Shown: one piece after another, positions 33,745-42,166 of the stretch
Position numbering within the stretch: position 1 is the stretch's first letter
How the letters are laid out: each line of letters opens with the position of its first letter
Source of the DNA: Verrucomicrobiota bacterium
GTDB taxonomy: Bacteria > Verrucomicrobiota > Verrucomicrobiia > Chthoniobacterales > UBA10450
Length of the DNA stretch: 42,166 nt
NCBI GenBank assembly: GCA_003220075.1
Contig: QHRJ01000042.1
Span: 4,374-46,539 of the forward strand
Direction of reading: 5' to 3'
The notes under the pieces: model-generated
The model's input: the letters and a program-made list of their open reading frames with translations, nothing else
Database searches by the model: none
What the model was told of the DNA's origin: nothing
Translations under genes and position numbers: made by a program

Positions 33745-36342
33745 GTGAGGGTCCTCTGGTTGTCGGAAGGCTGCGTCGCCTCCGGCCGCGCCGCGGGATA
33801 TCGAACTTACTTGCGGTGCTACCAATTCGTCGCACCGCAAAACCGCCCAAGTTGTCACGTAACAAAATACAAACCGCTTGTCAGGCCGCGACAGTTTCGT
33901 TTTGCTGCGAGCGTGTCCTCTGCCTACCGGATCGCTTCGCCGTTTTTAATTCGACTGGCCGGAGTTCCCTTTGATGTTCTTGAGGAGCTTGCGACGCCAA
34001 ACGCGTGCGCCGTCGCGCGCGATCTAATTGCGCAGGAAAAAGAACTCCACCACCTCAAAAGCGCTGCTCTGGAATTTGTCACTCGTCGCGATAGCGGTCT
34101 TAGCTCTGAAGAGTTCGCGGCCTGGCGCACTGCCATTCGTCGCGATAAAATTCCCGAGCAGAAAATTCCGCAACCGCTTCAAGAATACACGCGGGTTGCG
34201 ACCGCCGCCGAACGGGCACGCTCGCTGTTGGAACATCAGCTTCAAGAGGAATTGAGCCGAGCACGTCGCGCCTTGTTGCAAACAAGTCAGCGGATTCTTC
34301 CACGCTATCTCGTCTTCGGCTCGGGTCAGGTTCATCACCTCATCGATCACTCCGCCGGCGAGCTTCCCCCTCGCAACAGCCGCACCCGCGAACGTGAACG
34401 TCACCTTCTGCTCTACCTCCAGCGTATCGCGGCCAAGAACGATACCTTTAGCGAATTCGGTCCTTCCGCCTGGGGTTCGGCCAGTCAAAGTGGTTCCGCG
34501 CTAAATTTTGAACCGCGTCCGGGCATGGCGCGCCGCGAAGTTTTTCTGGAACGCTGGACGGCGCATGCTATCGCCGCAGCGATCAATTCCGATCCGCAAA
34601 CTTTTTCGGAGCACCGGCCGCGCCTCAATCCAATTGGCCTTCTCATCGGGAATCGTTTCGTCTTTGTGGATAGCGGCGACGTGATCGATCTTGCGCCCTC
34701 GGAAATAGAAATTATCGCACGGTGCAATGGCGCAACGCCCATACACGCGCTGATCCAGTCCACCAATGGAAACCAGTCTGCTGCAGCGCCCATCAGCGGA
34801 GAGCTCGATGTCATTCGCGGTTTGATCGATAAAAAGATCCTGATCGCTGCGCTGGAAGTTCCGGCGCTCGAACCCTTCGCCTTCCAGATTTTGCACGACG
34901 ATATCGCGGCCTGGCGCGAGGGAGCGGCGCGTCAGCGTTGGCTGCCGCTTGCTGATTCACTGGTTAAGTCCGCCGCGGATTTTTCAGGAACAACCGAGCC
35001 GACTCAGCGCCAACAAATTTTTTCCGCAGCGCGCCAGCAGCTTTCTCAGGTCGGCGCGGAACGCAAACCAGGTCAGCGCTCGCTTTATGCCGCAGTCAAT
35101 CCAATCGCGGAAGAATGTTTCCGCGATTGCAGATTCGAAATCAGCGAAACTCTTCTCGACGAAGTCGTAACCGACACGGAACCCTGGATCGATTTTTGGC
35201 GCGATAATTATGCTTTTGTCGCGTCGCGCGTTGCCGCCGGTTTGCGCATGGTATTGGAAAAGGTTGGAAAAAATACGCTGCCGCTGCCCGCGTTTTTGCG
35301 CGCCTGCGAAACAGCGAAGCTTCCATTGACCGGTCCAGGTCTCGTTGGCCTGGCCGTGATGGCGTTTCAGGAAATTAAAGTCGCCTTTCGCGAACGACTG
35401 AACCCGCACGGCCACCTCGCCGAGTATGAACTCACCGCCGCCGATTGCCACTTCGTGCGCGAAAATTTTTCCTACCAGAAATTTGACGAATTCACTTTTC
35501 CTTCCGGCGATTTACAACTTGCGGCCAAATCGCAGGACGCGATTTTGCGCGGCGAATATCGCTGGATCCTAAGCGAGCTGCATCCGGCTGCCGCTACCTT
35601 GCATCATTGTATGTACTGGAGTTGCCCCGATCACACCGCCCTTTCCCGTGCGCTTCAACTAAGCACGAGCGGCAAACCATTTTTTCATTTCGGTTTTTTC
35701 GCGGCCGATTTTACCGCCCATACTACGGTGCGGATTTTCGATGCCCTACCCCAGCAGGCGGTCTTCGCTGCGCCGCAGCGCGGTAATCCGCGATGGCACT
35801 CCGTTTCACCAGCGCACGCTGAAGTTTTTATCGAGCAAGATGGCGACGTCGCGCTTCGCGCCAATGGCCAATATCTCGGGTCCTTTGCCCGCAATTGGAT
35901 CATTCCACTTGGGTTTCATCCCTTCCAATTTGGGTCGGCGCCGCATACACCGCGCCTCCGTTGCGGGCGCGTTATTGTCCAGCGCCGCAGCTGGTCGGTC
36001 TCCAGCGAGGAAATGGGCGATGGAAATTTCGCTGGCCTTTCGCGTGAACTGGTTCTCGCCATTGAAAGATTGCGAGCCGCCAAAGATTGGCCCCGCTTCG
36101 TTTACATTCGCCCGACTGAACAGGCGTTGCGACGGAGTGGCGCGGAAGGTCGCGACAAAGATACCAAACCAGTTTTCATCGATCTCGAGAGTTATCTTTT
36201 CCTCGAAATTTTTCATCGCTGGCTGAGTAAAGCCGGTGAGTTGGAAATAACAGAAATGTTGCCCGCGCCTGAAGAACTTTGGTGGCACGAAGCCGATGGC
36301 CGTCGCACTTTCGAGCTGCGCACGCTGATGGTGCCGCGATAA
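33745..36342 (+). CDS. lantibiotic-dehydratase (LanB) family protein with the glutamylation domain only (small LanB / PEARL-like)
   Basis: Motifs are YRIASPFLIRLAGVPFDVLEEL, YLQRIAAKNDTFSEFGPSAWG (34414..34476), TPRLRCGRVIVQRRSWSV and PRFVYIRP...PVFIDLESYLFLEIF. The protein ends where the SpaB_C elimination domain would begin. The start is uncertain; GTG 33913 (VSSAYRIASPF) is plausible. Confidence 0.7.
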   Translation: MRVLWLSEGCVASGRAAGYRTYLRCYQFVAPQNRPSCHVTKYKPLVRPRQFRFAASVSSAYRIASPFLIRLAGVPFDVLEELATPNACAVARDLIAQEKELHHLKSAALEFVTRRDSGLSSEEFAAWRTAIRRDKIPEQKIPQPLQEYTRVATAAERARSLLEHQLQEELSRARRALLQTSQRILPRYLVFGSGQVHHLIDHSAGELPPRNSRTRERERHLLLYLQRIAAKNDTFSEFGPSAWGSASQSGSALNFEPRPGMARREVFLERWTAHAIAAAINSDPQTFSEHRPRLNPIGLLIGNRFVFVDSGDVIDLAPSEIEIIARCNGATPIHALIQSTNGNQSAAAPISGELDVIRGLIDKKILIAALEVPALEPFAFQILHDDIAAWREGAARQRWLPLADSLVKSAADFSGTTEPTQRQQIFSAARQQLSQVGAERKPGQRSLYAAVNPIAEECFRDCRFEISETLLDEVVTDTEPWIDFWRDNYAFVASRVAAGLRMVLEKVGKNTLPLPAFLRACETAKLPLTGPGLVGLAVMAFQEIKVAFRERLNPHGHLAEYELTAADCHFVRENFSYQKFDEFTFPSGDLQLAAKSQDAILRGEYRWILSELHPAAATLHHCMYWSCPDHTALSRALQLSTSGKPFFHFGFFAADFTAHTTVRIFDALPQQAVFAAPQRGNPRWHSVSPAHAEVFIEQDGDVALRANGQYLGSFARNWIIPLGFHPFQFGSAPHTPRLRCGRVIVQRRSWSVSSEEMGDGNFAGLSRELVLAIERLRAAKDWPRFVYIRPTEQALRRSGAEGRDKDTKPVFIDLESYLFLEIFHRWLSKAGELEITEMLPAPEELWWHEADGRRTFELRTLMVPR

Positions 36343-36381
36343 CTCCGTGAAATTCTCGCTATCAGATAGAAAAAGGGGAGC

Positions 36382-36493
36382 GCGGGCGTCTTGCCCGCTT
36401 TGTCCGGCATCCTGCCGGACAGTCTTCTTTAATGATCGGTCAAGAAGATCCGCAGGCGAGACGCGTGCGGCCCCCACAGACAAGATGCCTGTG
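36382..36493. repeat. cluster of three GC-rich hairpins (REP-like) between the LanB-like gene and parA
   Basis: The hairpins are GCGGGCgtcttGCCCGC (36382..36398), GTCCGGCAtccTGCCGGAC (36402..36420) and CACAGACAagaTGCCTGTG (36475..36493). Confidence 0.45.
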
Positions 36494-36504
36494 CCACGTC
36501 GCAA

Positions 36505-37305
36505 ATGAAAATCATCGCCATCGCGAATCAAAAAGGCGGCGTCGGCAAAACTACCACCGCGGTGAATCTCGGGGCTGCGCTGGCGGAACGTGCGCAACGC
36601 ATTCTGCTCATTGATCTCGACCCACAGGGCAATGCCACCAGCTCGCTCGGAATGCAGGACTTCGAAGGAGAAAGCCTATACGATCCTTTGCTGGGCGAGA
36701 CGACCCTTGCTAACAAAATTTTGCCGACGCGATTGGATCACCTCTTTCTCGTTCCAGCCGATCTCGATCTTGCCGGCGCGGAAGTGGAAATTGCACGGAT
36801 GCCGGATCATTTGCTCCGGCTGGCGCGAACATTGCAACCGTTGCGGGCCGACAGCGCCTTCGATTTTGTGCTGCTCGATTGTCCGCCTTCACTTGGAATT
36901 CTCATGAGCAACGCGCTCGCAGCGGCCGATGAAATTCTGACCCCGATTCAATGCGAATACTTCGCGCTGGAAGGTCTGGTCAAAATTGTGCGCGTGGTCG
37001 AGCAAGTGCGTGATTCGGGAGCAAATCCGAATGTTGAAATCGGCGGCATCCTCATGACGATGTTTGATAGTCGCACGAATTTGAGCGCACAGGTGGTGAC
37101 GGAAGTGCGCCAACATTTTGCCGCAAGAGTTTACGACACCGTTATTCCGCGGACGGTGCGCTTAAGCGAAGCGCCCAGCTTCGGCAAAACCATTCTGGAA
37201 TACGACAAAACCGGCGCCGGCGCCCGCGCCTACCGTGCTTTGGCGGACGAATTCATCCGGCGTCACGCGCCAGTTGCCGCCACCGCCGAAAAAGGTGAGG
37301 CCTGA
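36505..37305 (+). CDS. parA: ParA/Soj-type partition ATPase
   Basis: The protein has MKIIAIANQKGGVGKTTTAVNLGAALA (deviant Walker A), IDLDPQGNAT and VLLDCPPSLG, and is 266 aa. Confidence 0.9.
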   Translation: MKIIAIANQKGGVGKTTTAVNLGAALAERAQRILLIDLDPQGNATSSLGMQDFEGESLYDPLLGETTLANKILPTRLDHLFLVPADLDLAGAEVEIARMPDHLLRLARTLQPLRADSAFDFVLLDCPPSLGILMSNALAAADEILTPIQCEYFALEGLVKIVRVVEQVRDSGANPNVEIGGILMTMFDSRTNLSAQVVTEVRQHFAARVYDTVIPRTVRLSEAPSFGKTILEYDKTGAGARAYRALADEFIRRHAPVAATAEKGEA

Positions 37306-37421
37306 TCCTTCGCTCTGTTAGAAAGCGCCAGAGGACTGGCGCAGTCCAAGACGCTTCGCGAATTGGGACGCTTCAAAACATGCGCCAGCTTTGGAGTGGG
37401 GCAGCCCTCTGCCGCACCCAC

Positions 37422-37952
37422 TCATTCGGCCTCACCTCGGAGCTTCATCCACTGCTTCCGCGTAATAGCGAAGACGAATGTAGGAAAACCTCTGAAAGTG
37501 GTTTCCCTTTCTAAGGTCATTCCATTTTTCTCCGCCACTCGACGCGATGCCTGATTATCGGGATGGATCAACGAAATCAGGTACTCTAGTTTCAAATCGC
37601 GAACGCCATGATCGCGGACCGCGCGCGCTGCTTCGGTAGCAAGTCCGCGGTTCCAAAAATCCCGCTGCAGCCGATAACCGATCTCAATTTCCATTTTGCC
37701 GTCGACTTCATGATGAAAGAAACCGCAGTAGCCAGCGAGCGTGCCGCTCGACCGCACAATCATGGCGAATTGTGATGGCAAACCATCTCGGTTCCAGCCG
37801 ATCACTTTATCGAGAAAACCCTGCACTTGTTCTCGCTTCATCGGGCCCATCGAGAAACGCATGAAATCTTTGTCCGCCATCAATTCCCCCATCCGATCGA
37901 GATCATCGGCGGCGAATGGGCGCAGAATTAAACGCGGAGTTTCCAGGATCAT
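37422..37952 (-). CDS. GNAT-family N-acetyltransferase (RimJ/RimL-like)
   Basis: The protein has TPRLILRPFAADDL and IEIGYRLQRDFWNRGLATEAARAV (acetyl-CoA motif A), and is 176 aa. Confidence 0.85.
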   Translation of the reverse strand: MILETPRLILRPFAADDLDRMGELMADKDFMRFSMGPMKREQVQGFLDKVIGWNRDGLPSQFAMIVRSSGTLAGYCGFFHHEVDGKMEIEIGYRLQRDFWNRGLATEAARAVRDHGVRDLKLEYLISLIHPDNQASRRVAEKNGMTLERETTFRGFPTFVFAITRKQWMKLRGEAE

Positions 37953-38039
37953 TTTGCCACGTTGTAGCCGCGGTCGTTGGCCGCGGCATTCGATCTAATC
38001 ACATACAGTTAGCAGTCGAGTTACGACTCATAATTAAAG

Positions 38040-38681
38040 ATGCGAGCGAACGGACAAGATAGTTGGCGCCCGGCGCCCGTGCCGGAAACGAACAGCCTTG
38101 CTAAAGTTGTGGCCGCTGCGAAAGAGTGCACAGCCTGTCCGCTATACAAAAGAGCAACGCAGACGGTCTTCGGCGAAGGTCCGAAGCATGCCAAGATGTT
38201 GATGATCGGCGAGCAACCGGGCGATTATGAAGATGTGGCTGGGAAGCCATTCGTCGGTCCGGCAGGAAAAATTCTGGATCGCGCACTGGAGGAAGCAGGA
38301 ATTAATCGGGACGAAGTTTATGTCACTAACGCGGTGAAACATTTCAAATGGGAACCGCGCGGGAAACGACGGATTCATCAGAAACCGAGCTCTCGCGACA
38401 TCGCCGCCTGCCGGCCATGGCTGGAAACCGAGCTACGCCTGGTCGAGCCCAAGCTTGTTGTTTGTCTCGGTTCAACCGCGGGGCAGACAATCTTCGGACC
38501 GAGCTTCCGTGTCACGAAAGAACGTGGCAAAGTTTTATCGTCACGTTTTGCACCGAAAGTCGTGGCCACCGTTCATCCTTCCTCGCTCTTGCGTCAGCCC
38601 GATGAAGAATCCCGCGAACGCGAGTACAAAAATTTTGTCGCGGACCTGCGCGTTGCCGTAAAAGCAGCGGAGGCGAAATGA
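38040..38681 (+). CDS. udgX: family-4-related uracil-DNA glycosylase of the UdgX type
   Basis: The protein has CTACPLY, GEGPKHAKMLMIGEQPGDYED, VKHFKWEPRGKRRIHQKP (KRRIH at 38364..38378, His codon 38376..38378) and VHPSSLLR. Its layout is collinear with M. smegmatis UdgX as I recall it. Confidence 0.8.
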   Translation: MRANGQDSWRPAPVPETNSLAKVVAAAKECTACPLYKRATQTVFGEGPKHAKMLMIGEQPGDYEDVAGKPFVGPAGKILDRALEEAGINRDEVYVTNAVKHFKWEPRGKRRIHQKPSSRDIAACRPWLETELRLVEPKLVVCLGSTAGQTIFGPSFRVTKERGKVLSSRFAPKVVATVHPSSLLRQPDEESREREYKNFVADLRVAVKAAEAK

Positions 38682-38824
38682 CGCCCCAACACAGCGGCGA
38701 TCTCTCTCCGAGCTGTACGCTCTACGCGCCGGAAGCCAGATCGCCGTTTATAAGAGTCGGCGGCTTGGAAGCCGGCGCTCCTTGTGCCTCGCGCGATGCA
38801 AATACAACTTTGTCGCGGACCAAA

Positions 38825-39340
38825 TTAAGTGCTCGGACTTACCGATGGTGAAGCCGAAGCTGCCGGGGAAATTGCAGGCTTCTTTTCTTCCCGTTTCGCC
38901 CGGCGCGCTTCCCTTTCCGCCTTCTCTGAATCGGTCAATGGCCCAAGCTTCACGATTTTTGCCTCCATCGAGCCGTCGGGCATTTTATAACAAGAACCCC
39001 TCACCTCCTGATTAGCGACCACGTCTTTCATCGTCGCGGGCTGGCCACCCTTGGTGATGATGGTTTTGTCGGTAATCTTCAGGACACGCGAATTTTCTTT
39101 GCCGGCGATGCTGAACGTTTTTGCCTTGTCATCCACTGCGGCGATCATGCCCTTGAACGCAGTAGCTCGCATCTTGCCGCTAGCCGTTGCTGCTGTCGCG
39201 GGGGATGCATCCGCATCTGCGGAATTGCCGGCGTCCGGCGAAGGAAACGCTTTCTTCGGCGCGGCCTCCGTACGAAGCGGGAAGCCAATGACAACAGTCG
39301 CGAAAAACGCGGCGATAATTAAGAAATTCTTGTGTTTCAT
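38825..39340 (-). CDS. secreted protein of unknown function
   Basis: The signal peptide is MKHKNFLIIAAFFATVVIGFPLRTEA. It is followed by a low-complexity Ala/Asp linker, a small beta domain (FKGMIAAVDDKAKTFSIAG...VKL) and a charged, Ala/Ser/Pro-rich tail. Confidence 0.6.
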   Translation of the reverse strand: MKHKNFLIIAAFFATVVIGFPLRTEAAPKKAFPSPDAGNSADADASPATAATASGKMRATAFKGMIAAVDDKAKTFSIAGKENSRVLKITDKTIITKGGQPATMKDVVANQEVRGSCYKMPDGSMEAKIVKLGPLTDSEKAEREARRAKREEKKPAISPAASASPSVSPST

Positions 39341-39450
39341 GCGTCGATGAAGTTGTGCAGTTAAATGTTGCTCCGGCGTATCAATGCAATCTATCCAACG
39401 GAGTTTGAAAGGTGTGGCAAGGCGAAAATGCGTACGGCAAGGCGTCGGGT

Positions 39451-39478
39451 TTGAAAACGCGCCTCAACCTGATAAGAT
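39451..39478 (+). promoter_or_regulatory. sigma70-like promoter for tRNA-Ala
   Basis: TTGAAA (39451..39456), a 16-nt spacer, then TAAGAT (39473..39478). The tRNA begins 13 nt downstream. Confidence 0.45.
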
Positions 39479-39491
39479 GACGACCTCTTTT

Positions 39492-39564
39492 GGGGGTATA
39501 GCTCAGTTGGTAGAGCGTCTCGTTCGCAATGAGAAGGCCAGGGGTTCGAATCCCCTTACCTCCA
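39492..39564 (+). tRNA. tRNA-Ala (anticodon CGC)
   Basis: A manual cloverleaf fold works: acceptor GGGGGTA/TACCTCC with the G3:U70 Ala identity pair, D arm GCTC-AGTTGGTA-GAGC, anticodon arm TCTCG-TTCGCAA-TGAGA, T arm AGGGG-TTCGAAT-CCCCT. CCA is not encoded. Confidence 0.9.
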
Positions 39565-39894
39565 GTCCCGAAAGGTCGGGGCTGTCGCGCTGTAGCTATC
39601 GACCTGGCCGATTATCTCCACAGCGATAGGAGTTCTATCATCGGTTGCAGTGATTTCCTGAAGCCTTTCCACGATGCCTCGACGCTGGAGTCGTCGCAAC
39701 GGCTTCACCACTCGCACGTAGAAAGCGTGAGCATTCTCGTCAAAAGGATTGGATTGCCAAAACCTTCTGCCAACCCCGATTTCTAGTAGTCGCACTTTGT
39801 AGTAATCCGGCTCCAGCATTTTGGCATAATCGCTACGCGAAGTGACTGATAGTCTGGGAACAGCCGCCTAGCTGTGGCAATTTTGTTCGGGCGC

Positions 39895-40029
39895 CTAACC
39901 ACCGGTCAGCTTTCGTACGAGGCGTCTAACAACGTTGCCGCTGCGTTTGGTGTCACCACGATCGCCCTGGCCCTTGGCCACTTTTGTCTTGGCCTTTCTG
40001 CGCCGATCTGCCGCAAGTGATTGGCCCAT
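39895..40029 (-). CDS. candidate 44-aa basic small protein
   Basis: The ORF encodes MGQSLAADRRRKAKTKVAKGQGDRGDTKRSGNVVRRLVRKLTGG. It is preceded by AAAGAGG 5 nt upstream of the ATG, and an in-frame MKEVN extension is possible from 40044. I recognise no homology. Confidence 0.3.
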   Translation of the reverse strand: MGQSLAADRRRKAKTKVAKGQGDRGDTKRSGNVVRRLVRKLTGG

Positions 40030-41493
40030 GTTAACCTCTTTCATGAATTGACCGGCTTTGTTATACCTGAGGTAGCGTCGATGCCCTTTGCGCGGCTGTT
40101 ATAACAGTTCGTTTACTGGCCTTCGTGATCGTTTGGTTGGCATTGATCCCTCCTTTTTTGCTCTTATTTCGCACTCCAATCGATCTTTGGCTTTGACGGA
40201 CGCAGAGCCGGTGGAAGCGACGATATTTTGATGATGTGCCCCCGAATCGATCTGGTTAGACTGTCCACACGCGCGCGCGGAAAAAGGCCGCAGATGGTAC
40301 AGATCATCTTAGTTGAAAATGTAGCGCTGGGCTGCGCCCAGTACCGTTTCGGCGAGAAAAACAAGGGGAGATCGTTGCCGCCCCAATGACGCCTGCAGAG
40401 CTTACTAATATTATTGTTTATCTTAAAGATCCAGTTAGTATGGTAAATACGTATCTATTAAGGCAGGATAGGACGAATGAGTTCGGACGAGTATCACGGG
40501 GCCACCGAGGGCAGAACGGGCAAGGTAACGGGGAAAACCGCTGTACCTTGTGATCCATCGCATGGGGATTCTACGGTCCGGCCAATTTCGACCGCCCGGA
40601 AGCGGCCGACCATCGGCCAAACTCAAAAGCTGTTGCTTGCGGCACTTCGGCTGTGGGAACTGAAAAATGGCTTTCGCCGATAGGTTAAGTTTGCGCTGTG
40701 TTTTTCACGCTTGCCGATTCAATAACGCTCTTACATTTATCTGTCCGACCGTCTGCCAAGGATGGACAAAGCGAATCTCGATTCCCCGACGAGGCGATTA
40801 TCAAATACAATTTGGCCTCGCTACGAGAGCGTGACCGGCGACCTTGAATCGGCAAAAGCATATTTTGAGGAAATGCTTTGAGATTAATCTGAGCTGGCGT
40901 TTGGAAGATGAGGATTTGGAATCTCTTTAGGAGGCCATATAGACGATGATGTTCGTCGGCGATGTAAATCTGCGCGATTTCGGCAATTGCCTAGGCGGTC
41001 AGTGGCATTGCCGACATAAAGCCAATGCGCCGCAAATGAGTCGCAGCCAGACGTTGGACGCTTCAGCAAGTAGCGGCCGCGTTGGTCACGCAAAATTTCG
41101 ATCTGCCGGCCCCTGAGTATTCGCTCGCATAAGACACAAAGACGTTCATCGTCAAGCGAAGACCGGGTTCGACTTGTCGCCCGCCCTCAAAACCTTGAGG
41201 CGTTCTTGGGCTGTGAGATCATCTCTTTGCATAATACTGAAAAGAAAAACCAATTATTCAGCGTCAACAATCAGGCGGTATTCTGGTTGCTTAGTAGGCG
41301 GAAATCTTATCGCCACCGGCTACCACGTGAAACAGGTGCCGATTTCGTGGATCAATCGATCCCCGGAAATCGGTGCATCTTCATTCCGGCTCATTCGCGT
41401 AGGCGGGGGACATTGGCGTGCCTTGTGAACGTCTGGTGATTTATGCCTAGCGATATGATTGTCTAAGACCCGGCTGCATGGAAATTCGGTAAG

Positions 41494-41766
41494 ATGCCAA
41501 GCTCTACCTCAGTGTCGGAACGAGCGAAGGCTCTGTCGGCGGAGACGAACTGGTCTCTACTGCTCGTGGTCTTTGGATTGTCTGCGGTCCTTCAGGTCGT
41601 TATCGCGAGCCGAAGCGGCCTGTGGGCAGACGAGATTTACTCACTGGCATATGCAACGGGACACAGCTTGGAGCACCCAGCGCTACAGCGGACCCGCAGC
41701 GAGGCGATTTCGTTGAGCCCAACCACCCCATGCCGCACACCGCGACGGAAAACGATTCATCGTTAA
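41494..41766 (+). pseudogene. N-terminal fragment of a GT39/PMT_2-like membrane glycosyltransferase
   Basis: The TM helix WSLLLVVFGLSAVLQVVIA is followed by SGLWADEIYSLAYATGHSLEHPA (the loop-1 DE motif). The sequence then continues more plausibly in another frame (ADPQRGDFVEPNHPMP) and stops. No further TM helices follow. Confidence 0.45.
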
Positions 41767-41990
41767 GGCCGTTGATTTGTTGAGCGCAATTCTTTCGCTG
41801 GAGAGAGACGCGATAGCGCCAAAAGACGCTAACGGGAACGCGACGTGCCAGAACCTCGCCTAGGAGTACGCTCATTGAATCGCGAGCGCCTGATTCAGCG
41901 ATACGAACACAACTATTTTCGCGGTTGGATCGTCAGCACTTAGCGATGAGGCAGAAGGTATGCGCGTTCCTGGCGAAGGCCGAATAGCTG

Positions 41991-42166
41991 TTATCGAGGT
42001 CTAAGCTCCCACTCCTTGCCGGGGGTCAACCACACCCCTGATGGGCGGAGAAAAATCAGATTCGAATCCCACAGCGCAGTGAACAGATAGGTCCCCCCCG
42101 GTTCGACGTTCACTGTTGTCGAAGTCGGCTGCGGCAAGCCCACGTAGGACGCTGTGTTCACTGTTA
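41991..42166 (-). CDS. 3' end of an unidentified gene that continues beyond the window
   Basis: The minus-strand frame is open from the window edge: ...TVNTASYVGLPQPTSTTVNVEPGGTYLFTALWDSNLIFLRPSGVWLTPGKEWELRPR*. I do not recognise a family. Confidence 0.3.
   Translation of the reverse strand, partial: TVNTASYVGLPQPTSTTVNVEPGGTYLFTALWDSNLIFLRPSGVWLTPGKEWELRPR

Noticed and set aside
39556-39819. An 87-codon minus-strand ORF (MLEPDYYKVRLLEIGVG...).
   Set aside because: Its 3' end overlaps the last 9 nt of the tRNA. I recognise no motif and no RBS. I left it uncalled.
40884-41149. A TIR-domain gene, suggested by MNVFVSYASE at a minus-strand ATG (41149).
   Set aside because: Only about 10 residues fit. 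The frame collapses immediately, and downstream frames do not reproduce other TIR motifs. At best it is a heavily eroded relic, and I mention it only in the tRNA-flank finding.
42061-42070. A 10-nt match (ttcgaatccc) to the T-arm region of tRNA-Ala, considered as a possible attR of an island.
   Set aside because: It is too short to be significant in 42 kb. It lies inside a coding frame (LWDSNLIF), and no integrase is present.

Overview
This is a 42.2-kb chromosomal segment from a moderately GC-rich bacterium. The protein types (TPR/cyclase fusions, a very large TonB-dependent receptor, dense GC-rich palindromic intergenic repeats) suggest a soil Verrucomicrobia- or Acidobacteria-type genome, but that is inference only. 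Clear housekeeping genes are rpsA, glmS, glgC, lpxD, a class I fructose-bisphosphate aldolase, parA and tRNA-Ala(CGC). The rest is unusually rich in signalling genes: two tandem class III cyclase / TolB-like / TPR paralogues plus a third TPR tail, a DUF4242-cyclase fusion, and a stand-alone receiver. A minus-strand operon couples a FabF-like ketosynthase, in which both catalytic histidines are substituted, to two GAF/PAS histidine kinases; a REC-HK hybrid gene is transcribed divergently from it. The best candidate for something undescribed is an orphan LanB-type enzyme at 33.7-36.3 kb. It has only the glutamylation domain (small-LanB / PEARL-like), has no RiPP partner genes in the window, and sits next to the KS-kinase module. 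Other notable points: a 63-nt palindromic repeat inserted in frame in one cyclase; a decayed stretch holding a truncated DNA methyltransferase and a TonB-receptor 3' relic; three neighbouring genes each broken by an internal deletion of roughly 80-110 nt plus a frameshift; a UdgX-type (KRRIH) uracil-DNA glycosylase; and a gene-poor, decayed region 3' of the tRNA. I recognised no CRISPR array, rRNA, transposase or integrase.
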